From the sequence record SRR22947727_858: DNA of 54,577 nt; one strand, written 5' to 3'. Positions 27,902 through 38,083 of the stretch are shown here, piece after piece. The translations under genes were made by a program, and so were the position numbers. How positions within the stretch are numbered: position 1 is the first letter of the stretch; each line of letters starts with the position of its first letter. The notes beneath the pieces were generated by a model that was not told the origin of the DNA, did no database searches, and was given only the letters and a program-made list of their open reading frames with translations.

Positions 27902-30900
27902 ATGGTGCGCGATCTTTCCAAAGCCGCGGGGGGCATTCTGTCCTATTTCACGCGGCATAAAACTGCTGCGAATCTTTTATTGGTGATTTTGATCGTGGCT
28001 GGCTTGGTCAGCATGCCGCGGATGCGATCGCAATTTTTTCCCGATGTCATCGTTGACAACATTGCTGTGGATGTCAGGTGGCAAGGCGCTGGTGCCGAAG
28101 ATGTTGACGATGGGATTGTGCAGATTTTAGAGCCTGCACTTTTGTCGATTGAAGGCGTGACCGAGGCCAGCAGCCTGTCACGCGAAGGGCGCGCCAGCAT
28201 CAGTTTGGAATTTGAACCCGGTTGGGACATGGCGCGCGCCTCGGGCGATGTTGAAACCGTTTTAGACCAAATCAATACATTGCCCGAAGAAGCGGATGAT
28301 CCGAAGGTTCGCCGCGGCTCATGGCGCGATCGCGTTACCGATTTAATCATTTCTGGCCCGTTAGAGATCGATCAATTGGCGTTGTTTGCCGATGAGTTGG
28401 TGTTGCGTTTATTTGCCGAAGGCGTCACGCGCACAACCATCCGTGGGATCGCGGCACCGCAAACGATGATTGAAGTGCCCTCGATCAATTTGATCGCCTT
28501 TGATGTTACAATGGCGCAGATCGCCGCGGCGGTTGCAGGGGAGGTCAATGCCGATCCGGCTGGCGATGTAGCCGGCGCGAATGCGCGTGTGCGCACCGGC
28601 GTTGAGAAGCGCACAGCCGCCGATATTGGAAATGTCGTTTTACGGGTAAATCCGGATGGGTCAAAACTTGTGATCGGCGATGTTGCAGAGGTGCGGGTGG
28701 AAGGCACCGATCGCGAGCTTGGGTATTTTGTCGGCTCAAATCAGGCGATTTCAATCCGCGTTGACCGGTCTGAAAAAGGCGATGCAATCGATATTCAAGA
28801 GACGGTTCAAAGAATATCGGACCGGCTGGCGTTAACCCTGCCAGAAGGGGCGCAGATCGAACTTATCAGAGCGCGTGCAGATTACATATCTGGACGTTTG
28901 AAAATTCTTCTGGAAAACGGGCTAAGCGGTCTTGGTTTGGTTTTGATCCTGTTGTTTTTATTTTTGAATGCGCGCACCGCCTTTTGGGTGGCGGCCGGCA
29001 TTCCTACCGCGATGCTGGCCGCTTTGGCGATGATGTATGCTGCGGGGATCACGATTAATATGATTTCGCTGTTTGCGCTGATCATCACGCTTGGCATCGT
29101 TGTGGATGATGCGATCGTGGTTGGCGAACATGCGGATCAACAGGCCCGTAAAGGCTTGGGCGCCGTGGCCGCGGCAGAAACCGCAGCTCGCCGCATGGCC
29201 TTGCCGGTCTTTGCCGCAACCACCACCACGATTATTGCGTTTTTTGGGCTGGTTGTGGTGGGAGGCCGGTTTGGAGACCTGATCGCTGATATACCCTTTA
29301 CGGTCGCGGTCGTGCTCGCAGCCTCGTTCGTCGAGTGTTTTTTGATCTTACCCAACCATATGGCGCATTCCTTAAAGCATGGCGATAAGCAACATTGGTA
29401 TGACCTGCCCAGCCGAGTTGTGAATAAGGGGTTTGAATGGGTGCGCGAACACCTGTTTCGCCGGCTCATGGCTTTGGTTTTAAAGGCGCGCTATGCTATT
29501 CTGGCGGGCGCGGTTGTGTTGCTGGCCTCGCAGATTACTCTGTTTCTTTCAGGCGAGGTAAAATGGCGGTTTTTCAATGCGCCAGAGCGCTCTTCGGTCA
29601 GTGGTAATTTTTCGATGGTATCGTCGGCATCGCGCGAAGATTCTTTGGCCATGATGCGCGAGATGCAGCGCGCTACGGAGGAGCTTGGGCGCGAATATGA
29701 AGAGCGCCACGGGCTTAACCCTCTGGCCTATGTTGTGTCGCAAATCGGCGCCAATTCGGGCTATCCGCTCGCCAGCGCGGATACCAAAACGCCGGATCAG
29801 CTTGGGGGCATTTCAATCGAGTTGATCGATCCTGACTTGCGCTCTTATTCAAGCTTTGCCTTCGTGGGCGAGCTTCAGGATAAGGTGCGCCAGCATCCTT
29901 TGGTGGAAGAGGTGTCGTTTCGCGGGTGGCGCTCTGGTCCCGGGGGGGATGCGCTGGATGTTCAGTTTTACGGAGCGGATGCGGACACATTAAAATCAGC
30001 CGCTGAAGATTTGAAAACCGCGCTGCTGCGGTTTCCGGCGGTCTCTGCTGTCGAGGATGATTTGTCCTACGATAAAGAAGAGCTGATTTTGGAACTGACA
30101 CCGCAGGGGCAAGCGTTGGGCTTTACCATTGATGGCCTTGGGCAAGTGATGCGCGGGCGGCTCAATGGGATTGAGGCGGCAAGTTATCCGATGGGTCCAC
30201 GCAGCGCCACGATACGCGTCGAGCTGCCCGAAAACGAGCTTACCGCAGATTTTATCGAACGCATGCAATTGCGTGCAAGCAGCGGCGCTTATGTGCCTTT
30301 GGCGGATATTGTCAGCGTGGTGCGCCGATCGGGCTTTTCAACGGTTCGCCGTGAAAACGGCATTCGCTTGGTGTCGGTGACGGGGGATATTTCAGAAGAC
30401 AACCCTGCTGATGCACAGGACGTTATGAGCAGCTTAGAGGCAGAGATTTTGCCAGAGATTGCCGGCTTGCGCCAAGTGGAATGGCGCCTGTCGGGCTTGG
30501 CCGAGCAAGAAGAACAGTTTTTAAATGATGCGCGTACCGGGTTGATCCTTTGCCTTACGGGGATCTACCTTGTCTTGACCTGGATATTTTCCAGCTGGAC
30601 ACGGCCGATCGTGGTGATGTCGATCATTCCGTTCGGGTTGGTTGGTACGATTTATGGGCATTATGTTTGGGATGTGCCGCTCTCGATGTTCAGCGTGGTT
30701 GGCCTGCTTGGTATGACGGGTATTATTATTAATGATTCCATCGTTTTAATAACCTCAATCGATGAATACGCAAAAGACCGCGGGCTTATTCCTTCCGTGA
30801 TTGATGGGGCTGCAGACCGGCTGCGGCCGGTTATGTTGACAACATTGACCACGGTATTGGGTCTGTCGCCGCTGCTGTATGAGCGATCTTCACAAGCGCA

Positions 30901-31294
30901 GTTTCTGAAGCCCACGGTGATTACATTGGTCTACGGGCTTGGCTTTGGTATGGTATTGGTTTTGCTAGTTGTGCCAGCTTTGATCGCTGTTCAGCATGAT
31001 GTCAAACGGCATTTTGGATCGCTTTGGCGCGGTATCTCAGGGCGCGCTTTGGGTTTGAAGCGGGCCTTGCAAGGCCTAACTGCGCTGATTGTGGTTTGGT
31101 TTGGGCTCACGATGGGGGCCACCTTTCAGGGGCAAAAATTACCTGCGTTTATCCCCGACACCCCCCAATTTCTGTATGAATTGCCACCAATGTTGGGGGC
31201 CTTGCTGCTGTTTTTATGCGGAACCATTTTGTTGATCACGGTCGCGTTTTTCGCCAGCTATCTGCGCGGCAACCGGCGACGAAGCTCGGTTTAG
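27902..31294 (+). CDS. RND efflux permease (AcrB/AcrD/AcrF family)
   Basis: 1130 aa; GIVVDDAIVV.E, GII.NDSIV and RLRPVMLTTLTT..GL.PL. Confidence 0.92.
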   Translation: MVRDLSKAAGGILSYFTRHKTAANLLLVILIVAGLVSMPRMRSQFFPDVIVDNIAVDVRWQGAGAEDVDDGIVQILEPALLSIEGVTEASSLSREGRASISLEFEPGWDMARASGDVETVLDQINTLPEEADDPKVRRGSWRDRVTDLIISGPLEIDQLALFADELVLRLFAEGVTRTTIRGIAAPQTMIEVPSINLIAFDVTMAQIAAAVAGEVNADPAGDVAGANARVRTGVEKRTAADIGNVVLRVNPDGSKLVIGDVAEVRVEGTDRELGYFVGSNQAISIRVDRSEKGDAIDIQETVQRISDRLALTLPEGAQIELIRARADYISGRLKILLENGLSGLGLVLILLFLFLNARTAFWVAAGIPTAMLAALAMMYAAGITINMISLFALIITLGIVVDDAIVVGEHADQQARKGLGAVAAAETAARRMALPVFAATTTTIIAFFGLVVVGGRFGDLIADIPFTVAVVLAASFVECFLILPNHMAHSLKHGDKQHWYDLPSRVVNKGFEWVREHLFRRLMALVLKARYAILAGAVVLLASQITLFLSGEVKWRFFNAPERSSVSGNFSMVSSASREDSLAMMREMQRATEELGREYEERHGLNPLAYVVSQIGANSGYPLASADTKTPDQLGGISIELIDPDLRSYSSFAFVGELQDKVRQHPLVEEVSFRGWRSGPGGDALDVQFYGADADTLKSAAEDLKTALLRFPAVSAVEDDLSYDKEELILELTPQGQALGFTIDGLGQVMRGRLNGIEAASYPMGPRSATIRVELPENELTADFIERMQLRASSGAYVPLADIVSVVRRSGFSTVRRENGIRLVSVTGDISEDNPADAQDVMSSLEAEILPEIAGLRQVEWRLSGLAEQEEQFLNDARTGLILCLTGIYLVLTWIFSSWTRPIVVMSIIPFGLVGTIYGHYVWDVPLSMFSVVGLLGMTGIIINDSIVLITSIDEYAKDRGLIPSVIDGAADRLRPVMLTTLTTVLGLSPLLYERSSQAQFLKPTVITLVYGLGFGMVLVLLVVPALIAVQHDVKRHFGSLWRGISGRALGLKRALQGLTALIVVWFGLTMGATFQGQKLPAFIPDTPQFLYELPPMLGALLLFLCGTILLITVAFFASYLRGNRRRSSV

Positions 31295-31298
31295 CCGG

Positions 31299-32135
31299 TT
31301 ATCCGGGTTGCGCGGTGCAATCGCCAAGATCTGCAGCGCCCAGGCTGCCGATCACCGTGATCTGGATTTTTTGTCGGCTAATGCTGAGGGGCGCAGCGCC
31401 GGTGTCATCTGTCAGATAGCCCAAGGCGTGCAGCATAGGGCCGTCTCGCCGCGTTGGTTCCATTATTATCCAATGATTTTGCTGCTTATATTCTATAATC
31501 AGCGTTTCATGCCCACCCAATGAGGGGATCGCGGCGCCGATGGTGATCAAAATTGCGTCTTCATGGGGTGTGAAGGTGCAGTCTAAATTTTGCAGATTTG
31601 ACTGAGCACGCGGGACCGGCTGATGTTCCAATGCAAGCAGGGTTTCCGGATCAGCGCTTTGCTGCAACGGGTCCAGCTGTTGGCTAAAGGACAAGAAGAT
31701 TGGCACGCAAATATCCAGGCAAATGCCCAGTTGTGCAGAAAGCTCAAGTTTAATCGGTTGCGCGGCGTCAATAGGTGTTAATTTGATCGGCAAGACAAGG
31801 TGTTCTAAATAGCCAATGGTCTTCATATTATCTGAGCCAAAGACAATTGGCGCGGGCCAGATCGTTTCGGCTTTTTGAAGGTTTGTCGATCCGTTGTATT
31901 CAATTTTGGGCGGGTATCCGTATTCGCCGGGGGCCCGCCAATAGGTTTTCCAGCCTTTGCTGAGCGTTAAATCTAAAGCGGTGTAATAGCTGCCATCATT
32001 GGCCAGCCAGCCTGGGCGCAACGTCGCATCGCGCAACCCCTCTGCCTGTGCGGGGGCAATCGAGGCAAAACACAATATAACGGTCAAAACCTTAGACGCT
32101 CTTGCCAAGTGTACATATCGTTTTAGGTATTTCAT
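31299..32135 (-). CDS. Periplasmic DsbD N-terminal-domain protein
   Basis: Signal peptide; GWKTYWR.PG..G.PP, WP.P and C..IC.P motifs. Confidence 0.8.
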   Translation of the reverse strand: MKYLKRYVHLARASKVLTVILCFASIAPAQAEGLRDATLRPGWLANDGSYYTALDLTLSKGWKTYWRAPGEYGYPPKIEYNGSTNLQKAETIWPAPIVFGSDNMKTIGYLEHLVLPIKLTPIDAAQPIKLELSAQLGICLDICVPIFLSFSQQLDPLQQSADPETLLALEHQPVPRAQSNLQNLDCTFTPHEDAILITIGAAIPSLGGHETLIIEYKQQNHWIIMEPTRRDGPMLHALGYLTDDTGAAPLSISRQKIQITVIGSLGAADLGDCTAQPG

Positions 32136-32253
32136 ACGATGTGCATGAAGGAAAAAATCGAATTTGCCAAGTCACGTTACGGCGAGCTATTATGGTGCAG
32201 CAAGTTGACGGGGTGTTTTGCGCGTTGCGGCAAAAGCGGGAAAACTGGGTTAA

Positions 32254-32826
32254 ATGGTGAGTGTTACACAAACTTTGGATTTAACGGGCAAATTGCTTAT
32301 CGCCATGCCAGGGATGGGGGATAAGCGATTTGACAATTGCGTGATCTACCTGTGTTCATATTCTGCGCAGGGCACGATGGGCTTGATATTGAACCAGCCA
32401 ATGGCGCAAGCCTCTTTTGGCGGCCTATGCAAGCAGCTTTCAATTGAGAACAGCGCGCAGCGGGATATTCCGGTGCTTTGTGGTGGGCCAGTAGAGGCCA
32501 ATCGTGGCTTCGTGCTGCATTCGCGGGATTATCACTCGGCCGAATCGACCCAGCATCTGGGCGCGCAATTGGCCTTAACCTCTACGCGGCATGTGATTGA
32601 GGCTTTGGCTCAGGAAACAGCCCCAAACCAGGCCAGTTTGTTCATGGGATATGCAGGATGGGGTGCCGGCCAACTTGATGCGGAAATAGCCCGCAATTCT
32701 TGGCTTTTGGCCGATGCGGATGAAGATAAAATCCTGCAGGAAGAGCATGGCAAGATGTGGCATGCGGCGCTTGACTCGATCGGCATTGATGCGCGGCTTT
32801 TATCCACTCAAGGCGGGCGCGCATAG
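32254..32826 (+). CDS. YqgE/AlgH family protein (DUF179)
   Basis: LLIAMP.M.D.RF, G.MGLI.N.P, GGPV...RGFVLH, GYAGW.AGQL..EI..N.W and G.A C-terminus. Confidence 0.9.
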   Translation: MVSVTQTLDLTGKLLIAMPGMGDKRFDNCVIYLCSYSAQGTMGLILNQPMAQASFGGLCKQLSIENSAQRDIPVLCGGPVEANRGFVLHSRDYHSAESTQHLGAQLALTSTRHVIEALAQETAPNQASLFMGYAGWGAGQLDAEIARNSWLLADADEDKILQEEHGKMWHAALDSIGIDARLLSTQGGRA

Positions 32827-32835
32827 CCAAGCGCA

Positions 32836-33792
32836 TTAACGCGGCGCGGCGGCTCTTTGCAAACGATCATTAATCGCTTGTCCCAAACCGATATTGGGAA
32901 TTGGCGAGACGGCGATGGTTGTTGCGGGGCCTGCGTCTAAAAGATGCAAGCAATGAAACAGATTGCAGGCCGCTTCGGTTAAGTTTCTGCCAGTGGATAA
33001 ATTCAAGTCGCAGTCAACATCGCCGAACCCAAGCCGCTTTTCATCGAAAGTCCAATCCGTTGCGTTCAGGCGCAGGCGCGCCTTTGGCGCATAATGAGAG
33101 GCCAATTGCCCCGGCGCCGATATAAGCCCCGGCGTTTGATGGGTTTCTAAAGCTGCGCCCAAATGCTGCTCAATGTCTTCGCGCGCCAGTCCGCCAGGGC
33201 GCAGCAATCGCAGCTTTGATCCTGCATCCTCAATCCCAACAATTGTGCTTTCCAAACCAACATCGCAGGGCCCCGCATCCAAAACTGCGGAAACCATGTT
33301 CCCCAACCCTTCAATCACATGCGCGGCGCGGGTGGGGCTGATCTGTCCCGAAGGGTTGGCAGAGGGGGCCGCAATGGCTCCGTCAAACTGTTTTAGCAAA
33401 CGCTGTGCCACGGGATGGGCCGGCACACGAATGGCAACCGTTGCGGCGCCCGCTGTGACCAAAGAAGAAAGAGAGGCGGCCTCAAGGCGCGGCAAAACCA
33501 GTGTCAACGGCCCCGGCCAAAAAGCCTGCGCAAGATTTTCAGCTTGCGCATTCCACTCGGCATAGCGTTTGGCGGTAGCGAGATCGCTGACATGCACGAT
33601 TAAGGGGTTAAAGCTGGGCCGGCCCTTGGCTTCGAAAATATTGGCAACTGCATGCGTGTTGCTGGCATCAGCGCCCAAGCCGTAAACCGTTTCGGTGGGA
33701 AATGCCACAAGTGCGCCCGCGCGCAGCCTTTGGCTGGCGCGCGCGATGGCCGAGGGTGTGACCGGCAGTAATTCGGTTTGCATGGATTTCAT
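32836..33792 (-). CDS. tsaC: L-threonylcarbamoyladenylate synthase (Sua5/TsaC with SUA5 domain)
   Basis: FPTETVYGLGA, KGRP..NPLIVH, FWPGPLT, APSANPSG, G.ESTI, APGQL.SHYAP and AINDRL.RAA. Start is 33792 or 33783. Confidence 0.92.
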   Translation of the reverse strand: MKSMQTELLPVTPSAIARASQRLRAGALVAFPTETVYGLGADASNTHAVANIFEAKGRPSFNPLIVHVSDLATAKRYAEWNAQAENLAQAFWPGPLTLVLPRLEAASLSSLVTAGAATVAIRVPAHPVAQRLLKQFDGAIAAPSANPSGQISPTRAAHVIEGLGNMVSAVLDAGPCDVGLESTIVGIEDAGSKLRLLRPGGLAREDIEQHLGAALETHQTPGLISAPGQLASHYAPKARLRLNATDWTFDEKRLGFGDVDCDLNLSTGRNLTEAACNLFHCLHLLDAGPATTIAVSPIPNIGLGQAINDRLQRAAAPR

Positions 33793-33905
33793 ACTATGAC
33801 GCCGCGTTTTCCCAAACGGTGGCTTCCTCCGCTCTGGCATTTAGGTTTTAAAATGCCCATAAAGCGAAATGCTCTATATGCCAAGCCTGCAATAAAGGAG
33901 AGATC

Positions 33906-35624
33906 ATGCCCTATCGTGCCCCGCTCAAAGAATACCAGTTTTTACTTGATCACGTGGTAGATTATGCGCAGATCGCTGGCACGAATCGGTTCTGCGAGGC
34001 CTCAAGCGATGTGGTTGAGGCGGTGCTGAGCGAGGCGGGCCGCTTATGCGAAGAGGTTCTTGACCCGCTGCAGCGCAACGGCGACACAGATCCAGCGCGG
34101 CTGGAAAATGGTATCGTGCGCACATCACACGGCTTTGCAGAAGGCTATCGAGCGATCGCAAATGGCGGCTGGGTATCTACATCTGCTAGCCCGGAATATG
34201 GCGGAATGGGGCTGCCCCTCACGGTGACCACAGCGGTGAATGAAATGATGGCCGGCGCTTGTTTGGCCTTGCAGCTCAATCCGCTCATGACGCAGGGTCA
34301 GATCGAGGCGCTTGAACATCATGCCAGCGCGCAGATTAAAGCGCTTTATCTGCCCAAATTGATTTCAGGCGAATGGTGTGGAACGATGAATTTAACCGAG
34401 CCGCAAGCCGGGTCGGATGTGGGGGCCTTGCGCAGCCAAGCCAAAGATAATGGCGATGGGACCTATGCAGTCACCGGGCAGAAAATTTATATTTCTTGGG
34501 GGGATAATGATTTTTCTGAAAACGTGTGCCATTTGGTTTTGGCGCGCTTACCTGATGGGCCCAGCGGCACCAAAGGGATTTCATTATTCCTCGTGCCCAA
34601 GCTCATTCCGGATGCGGCTGGGCAGCCCGGAGTGGCCAATAGCCTTAAAGTGATCAGTTTGGAGCATAAAATGGGCTTGCATGGCAGCCCCACCGCGGTG
34701 ATGCAATATGAGGGTGCACGGGGGTGGTTGATCGGGAAACCGCATGATGGCATGCGCGCTATGTTCACGATGATGAACAATGCCCGTTTGGGCGTTGGCG
34801 GGCAAGGCATCGGCGCTGCTGAGGGGGCCTATCAAAAAGCGCTATCCTACGCTAAAGAGCGCCGTCAGGGGCGCAGCATGCTGGAAAACGGCAGCGGCAC
34901 GATTGTTGATCATGCCGATGTGCGCAGAATGCTTTTGACCATGCGCAGTGATATTTTTGCAGCCAGAGCGATTGCACTGGCCAATGCGGTTGCCCTTGAT
35001 ATGGCCGGCGCGAGCGATGATCCCGCTTGGGCGGCGCGCGCGGCTTTGTTGACTCCGATTTCTAAGGCCTTTGGCACGGATACCGGCATTAACGTCGCGG
35101 ATCTTGGTGTGCAAGTGCATGGGGGAATGGGATTTATCGAAGAAACCGGGGCTGCTCAATTCAGCCGTGATGTACGGGTGACCGCGATTTACGAGGGCAC
35201 GAATGGCATTCAGTCCATGGATCTTGTGGCGCGTAAAATGATGGATGGCGGCAGAGCCGCTTATGCGCTTTTGGATGAAATCGCGGCCCATGCTGCCTTG
35301 GCTAACGCGCAGTTGCCGGATTTGGCGGAGCCGCTGGCCACTGCCTGCGAAGCGCTGCGCAGCAACGTTGATTGGCTGATCGAGCAATCCGATTTGAATG
35401 ATCGTTTTGCGGGCTCGGTCTCCTTCTTGAAAGCGTTTGCCCGCGTTTTGGGGGGGCATTATCACCTGAAAGCTGCCTTGGTTACGTCAGATCAAGGGTC
35501 CAATTGCAAATTGGCGCGGTTTTACATGAACGCGTTGCTGGGGGAATATATTGGCCTTTTGCAGCAAGCGCGGCAAGGCGCTGCAGATCTTTATGCGTTA
35601 AGTTTTGAAGAGCTGACGGCGTGA
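33906..35624 (+). CDS. Acyl-CoA dehydrogenase (long MmgC/DmdC-like type)
   Basis: GTMNLTEPQAGSD, GQKIYIS.G, GTKGISLF, EHKMGLHGSPT, QVHGGMGFIEE and IYEGTNGIQ; SD AGGAG. Confidence 0.9.
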   Translation: MPYRAPLKEYQFLLDHVVDYAQIAGTNRFCEASSDVVEAVLSEAGRLCEEVLDPLQRNGDTDPARLENGIVRTSHGFAEGYRAIANGGWVSTSASPEYGGMGLPLTVTTAVNEMMAGACLALQLNPLMTQGQIEALEHHASAQIKALYLPKLISGEWCGTMNLTEPQAGSDVGALRSQAKDNGDGTYAVTGQKIYISWGDNDFSENVCHLVLARLPDGPSGTKGISLFLVPKLIPDAAGQPGVANSLKVISLEHKMGLHGSPTAVMQYEGARGWLIGKPHDGMRAMFTMMNNARLGVGGQGIGAAEGAYQKALSYAKERRQGRSMLENGSGTIVDHADVRRMLLTMRSDIFAARAIALANAVALDMAGASDDPAWAARAALLTPISKAFGTDTGINVADLGVQVHGGMGFIEETGAAQFSRDVRVTAIYEGTNGIQSMDLVARKMMDGGRAAYALLDEIAAHAALANAQLPDLAEPLATACEALRSNVDWLIEQSDLNDRFAGSVSFLKAFARVLGGHYHLKAALVTSDQGSNCKLARFYMNALLGEYIGLLQQARQGAADLYALSFEELTA

Positions 35625-36676
35625 TGGCCAACCCTTTGCCTGCGATTGTAACGCCTTGGGCGGAACCGCCTGGTTTGGGAGACATGTTGGAAGTGGCACC
35701 GCGGGTGTTTTGGGCGCGGATGCCGCTGCCGATGACATTGGATCACGTGAATGTTTACGCGATAGATGATGCCGAGGGCTGGACGATCATCGACACGGGC
35801 ATCAGCTCAACAAAATCGCGAGATATATGGAAAAGCTTATTGGCAGGTCCGATGGGCTCAAAATCAATAAGGCGGGTGATTGTAACGCATCATCACCCAG
35901 ATCATGTGGGCCTTGCCGGATGGTTTCAAACGGAATTTGGGGCCGACTTATGGATGACGCGCACGGCGTGGTTGATGGCGCGGATGCTGCGGCTTGATCC
36001 TCAGGAACAGCCCCCGCGCGAAACATTGCGCTTCTGGCAACGGGCGGGGATGCCGCAGGATATGTTAAACAGACGGGCAGCTGAACGCCCGTTTAACTTT
36101 TGCGATATGGTGTATCCGATGCCTTTGGGGTTCCAGCGCCTTCACGCTGGGGCTGAGATACAGGCCGGCGGGCGGTGCTGGCGCGTTCATATCGGCCATG
36201 GTCACGCACCCGAGCACGCTACCCTTTGGAGCCAAGATGACGGTTTGATTCTGGCGGGAGATCAAATTATTTCGTCGATCAGCTCGAATTTGGGTGTTTA
36301 TGCCACAGAGCCAGAGGCAGATACGGTGGGCGATTGGCTCGAGAGCTGCCAGCGCTTTAAAGAAATCGCCCGCGCAGATCATTTGGTATTGTCGGGTCAT
36401 AAACTGCCCTTCACCGGTTTGCCGGCGCGATTGCAGCAATTGATCGATAATCATCATTCGGCCTTAAACCGTTTACAGGCTTATCTTATTACGCCAGCCA
36501 GCGCGCATGAGGTGTTAACGCCCTTGTTCAAGCGCACGATAAAAACATCTGAATATGGCTTGGCCCTGGGAGAAGCGGTTGGGCATCTAAACCATCTTTA
36601 CCAACTGGGAAAAATTACCCGCCACCTTGGGCCGGATGGAGCCTATAGATTTCAAACGCGTGAGAAGAGTGGCTGA
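35621..36676 (+). CDS. MBL-fold metallo-hydrolase
   Basis: IDTG, THHHPDH, GHAPEH, GD and SGH metal-binding motifs. Confidence 0.88.
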   Translation: MMANPLPAIVTPWAEPPGLGDMLEVAPRVFWARMPLPMTLDHVNVYAIDDAEGWTIIDTGISSTKSRDIWKSLLAGPMGSKSIRRVIVTHHHPDHVGLAGWFQTEFGADLWMTRTAWLMARMLRLDPQEQPPRETLRFWQRAGMPQDMLNRRAAERPFNFCDMVYPMPLGFQRLHAGAEIQAGGRCWRVHIGHGHAPEHATLWSQDDGLILAGDQIISSISSNLGVYATEPEADTVGDWLESCQRFKEIARADHLVLSGHKLPFTGLPARLQQLIDNHHSALNRLQAYLITPASAHEVLTPLFKRTIKTSEYGLALGEAVGHLNHLYQLGKITRHLGPDGAYRFQTREKSG

Positions 36677-36778
36677 AACTTGGCTGCGACATTGCTACGC
36701 TTCTGCTGAGTGCGAAGAAGGGATGACACTGGCCTGTGAATCGTTTAGGGGATACATAAATCGGGAAAGGGAAACGCA

Positions 36779-36913
36779 ATGTCTGATCATGAACACGGCA
36801 GTATGGATACTAGCGAGCAAGAGAAAACCTTTGAAGGTTTTCTAAGCTTCTCAACCAAAACAGCAATTTTTTGTATTCTGGCCATTGTTTTTGTGGCTTT
36901 GGTGAACGGCTAA
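36779..36913 (+). CDS. ctaH: aa3-type cytochrome c oxidase subunit IV (44 aa; not in ORF track)
   Basis: Hand translation MSDHEHGSMDTSEQEKTFEGFLSFSTKTAIFCILAIVFVALVNG* shows the H.HG.MD...QEKTF.GF motif plus a single TM helix; purine-rich SD upstream. Confidence 0.88.
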   Translation: MSDHEHGSMDTSEQEKTFEGFLSFSTKTAIFCILAIVFVALVNG

Positions 36914-36990
36914 ACCAGTTAAATGCTGAACGCTGACATTGGACAAGACAAACCCGTAAAGCGACAGGCGCAGTGTTAACAGCCGGTGTT

Positions 36991-37317
36991 CTACGCCAAA
37001 AAGGATAGAATATAGAGTACAAAAATGCCTGCTAACATCGAGGCCAAGACTTTCTTGGTATAATATGCCACTGCAAAAGTTGCCCCGGCTGCCAAAAGTC
37101 GCACGGGATCAATTCCTTCGCTTGAGGCAGGGGATATGAAAAGCATCGGTGCCACCAAGGCGGGCATGATAGCAACCGCGGTGTAACGCAGATGCCGCAT
37201 CAACCAATCGGGCAATCTGCGATCCCCAATCAAACCAAGAAATAGAAATCGCAGCGCAAAGCTGCCAAGGCCCAGCAAGATAATGACCGTCCAGATCTGA
37301 GCGCTGCTTAAAATCAT
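36991..37317 (-). CDS. azlD: AzlD-domain membrane protein
   Basis: Small hydrophobic protein with LRYTAVA..PALVAP; overlaps the azlC stop. Confidence 0.8.
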   Translation of the reverse strand: MILSSAQIWTVIILLGLGSFALRFLFLGLIGDRRLPDWLMRHLRYTAVAIMPALVAPMLFISPASSEGIDPVRLLAAGATFAVAYYTKKVLASMLAGIFVLYILSFLA

Positions 37318-38024
37318 GGCTGATCGGCTCTCGCAAGCAGATGACGCTCGGTTGCAGCCCCCATACCCATTCCAACAAAACCTGCCATAATAAGTCCTAA
37401 ATTGAAGGGTACGTCGCTAAAAAGCACAGCGGCGATGGTGGCAGAGAGCGCGGCAGAAATATGCGCCGCGCTGCGCAATAACGGGGCAAAAAGCGCAATG
37501 AATGTTAAGGGAATTGCAAAATCTAGCGGTAATTCGGAAGGAAAAGATTTCCCCAAAAATGCTCCGGCAAAGGTTGAAATATACCAGGTTGGGATAACGG
37601 GTGCAGCCGCACCCAAGAAAAAGCGCATGCGCGCCTGCAAGGTCATTTGGGGTTCGGTCTCAAATTGCTGAAGGCTCAACGCATAGCTTTGATCTAACGT
37701 GCTATAGGCCGCTAAAATGCGCTGTTTGAACGGTGCTTTGCCAAGATAGGGGGTGAGCGAGGCAGAATACATCATCATCCGTAGATTCACTGCCAAGGCC
37801 GAAAGCACAACGATAAGCGTTGGGCTGCCATCCAGCATCAATTGAAGCGCGGTCAATTGTGCAGAGCCTGCCATAACGAAAACGCTAAAGCTTAACGCTT
37901 CGATTACGCTGAGTCCGGCATTGCTGGCGATCGTACCAAACACCAAGCCGAAAGGCCCGACGATGAAAATGAATGGCAGGGCTTGCTTAAGACCCAATTG
38001 GAAATAATTTTTTGCATGGGCCAT
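37314..38024 (-). CDS. azlC: AzlC family branched-chain amino acid exporter permease
   Basis: PFG..FG, AGSAQ, VNLR..MYSASL, DQSYA and LDFA.P.TF. Confidence 0.87.
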   Translation of the reverse strand: MAHAKNYFQLGLKQALPFIFIVGPFGLVFGTIASNAGLSVIEALSFSVFVMAGSAQLTALQLMLDGSPTLIVVLSALAVNLRMMMYSASLTPYLGKAPFKQRILAAYSTLDQSYALSLQQFETEPQMTLQARMRFFLGAAAPVIPTWYISTFAGAFLGKSFPSELPLDFAIPLTFIALFAPLLRSAAHISAALSATIAAVLFSDVPFNLGLIMAGFVGMGMGAATERHLLARADQP

Positions 38025-38083
38025 GGACTTGCGCCGGATGTAAGGTCAACGTAGATATTGGACTTACCGCTTAACAGGCAGGG

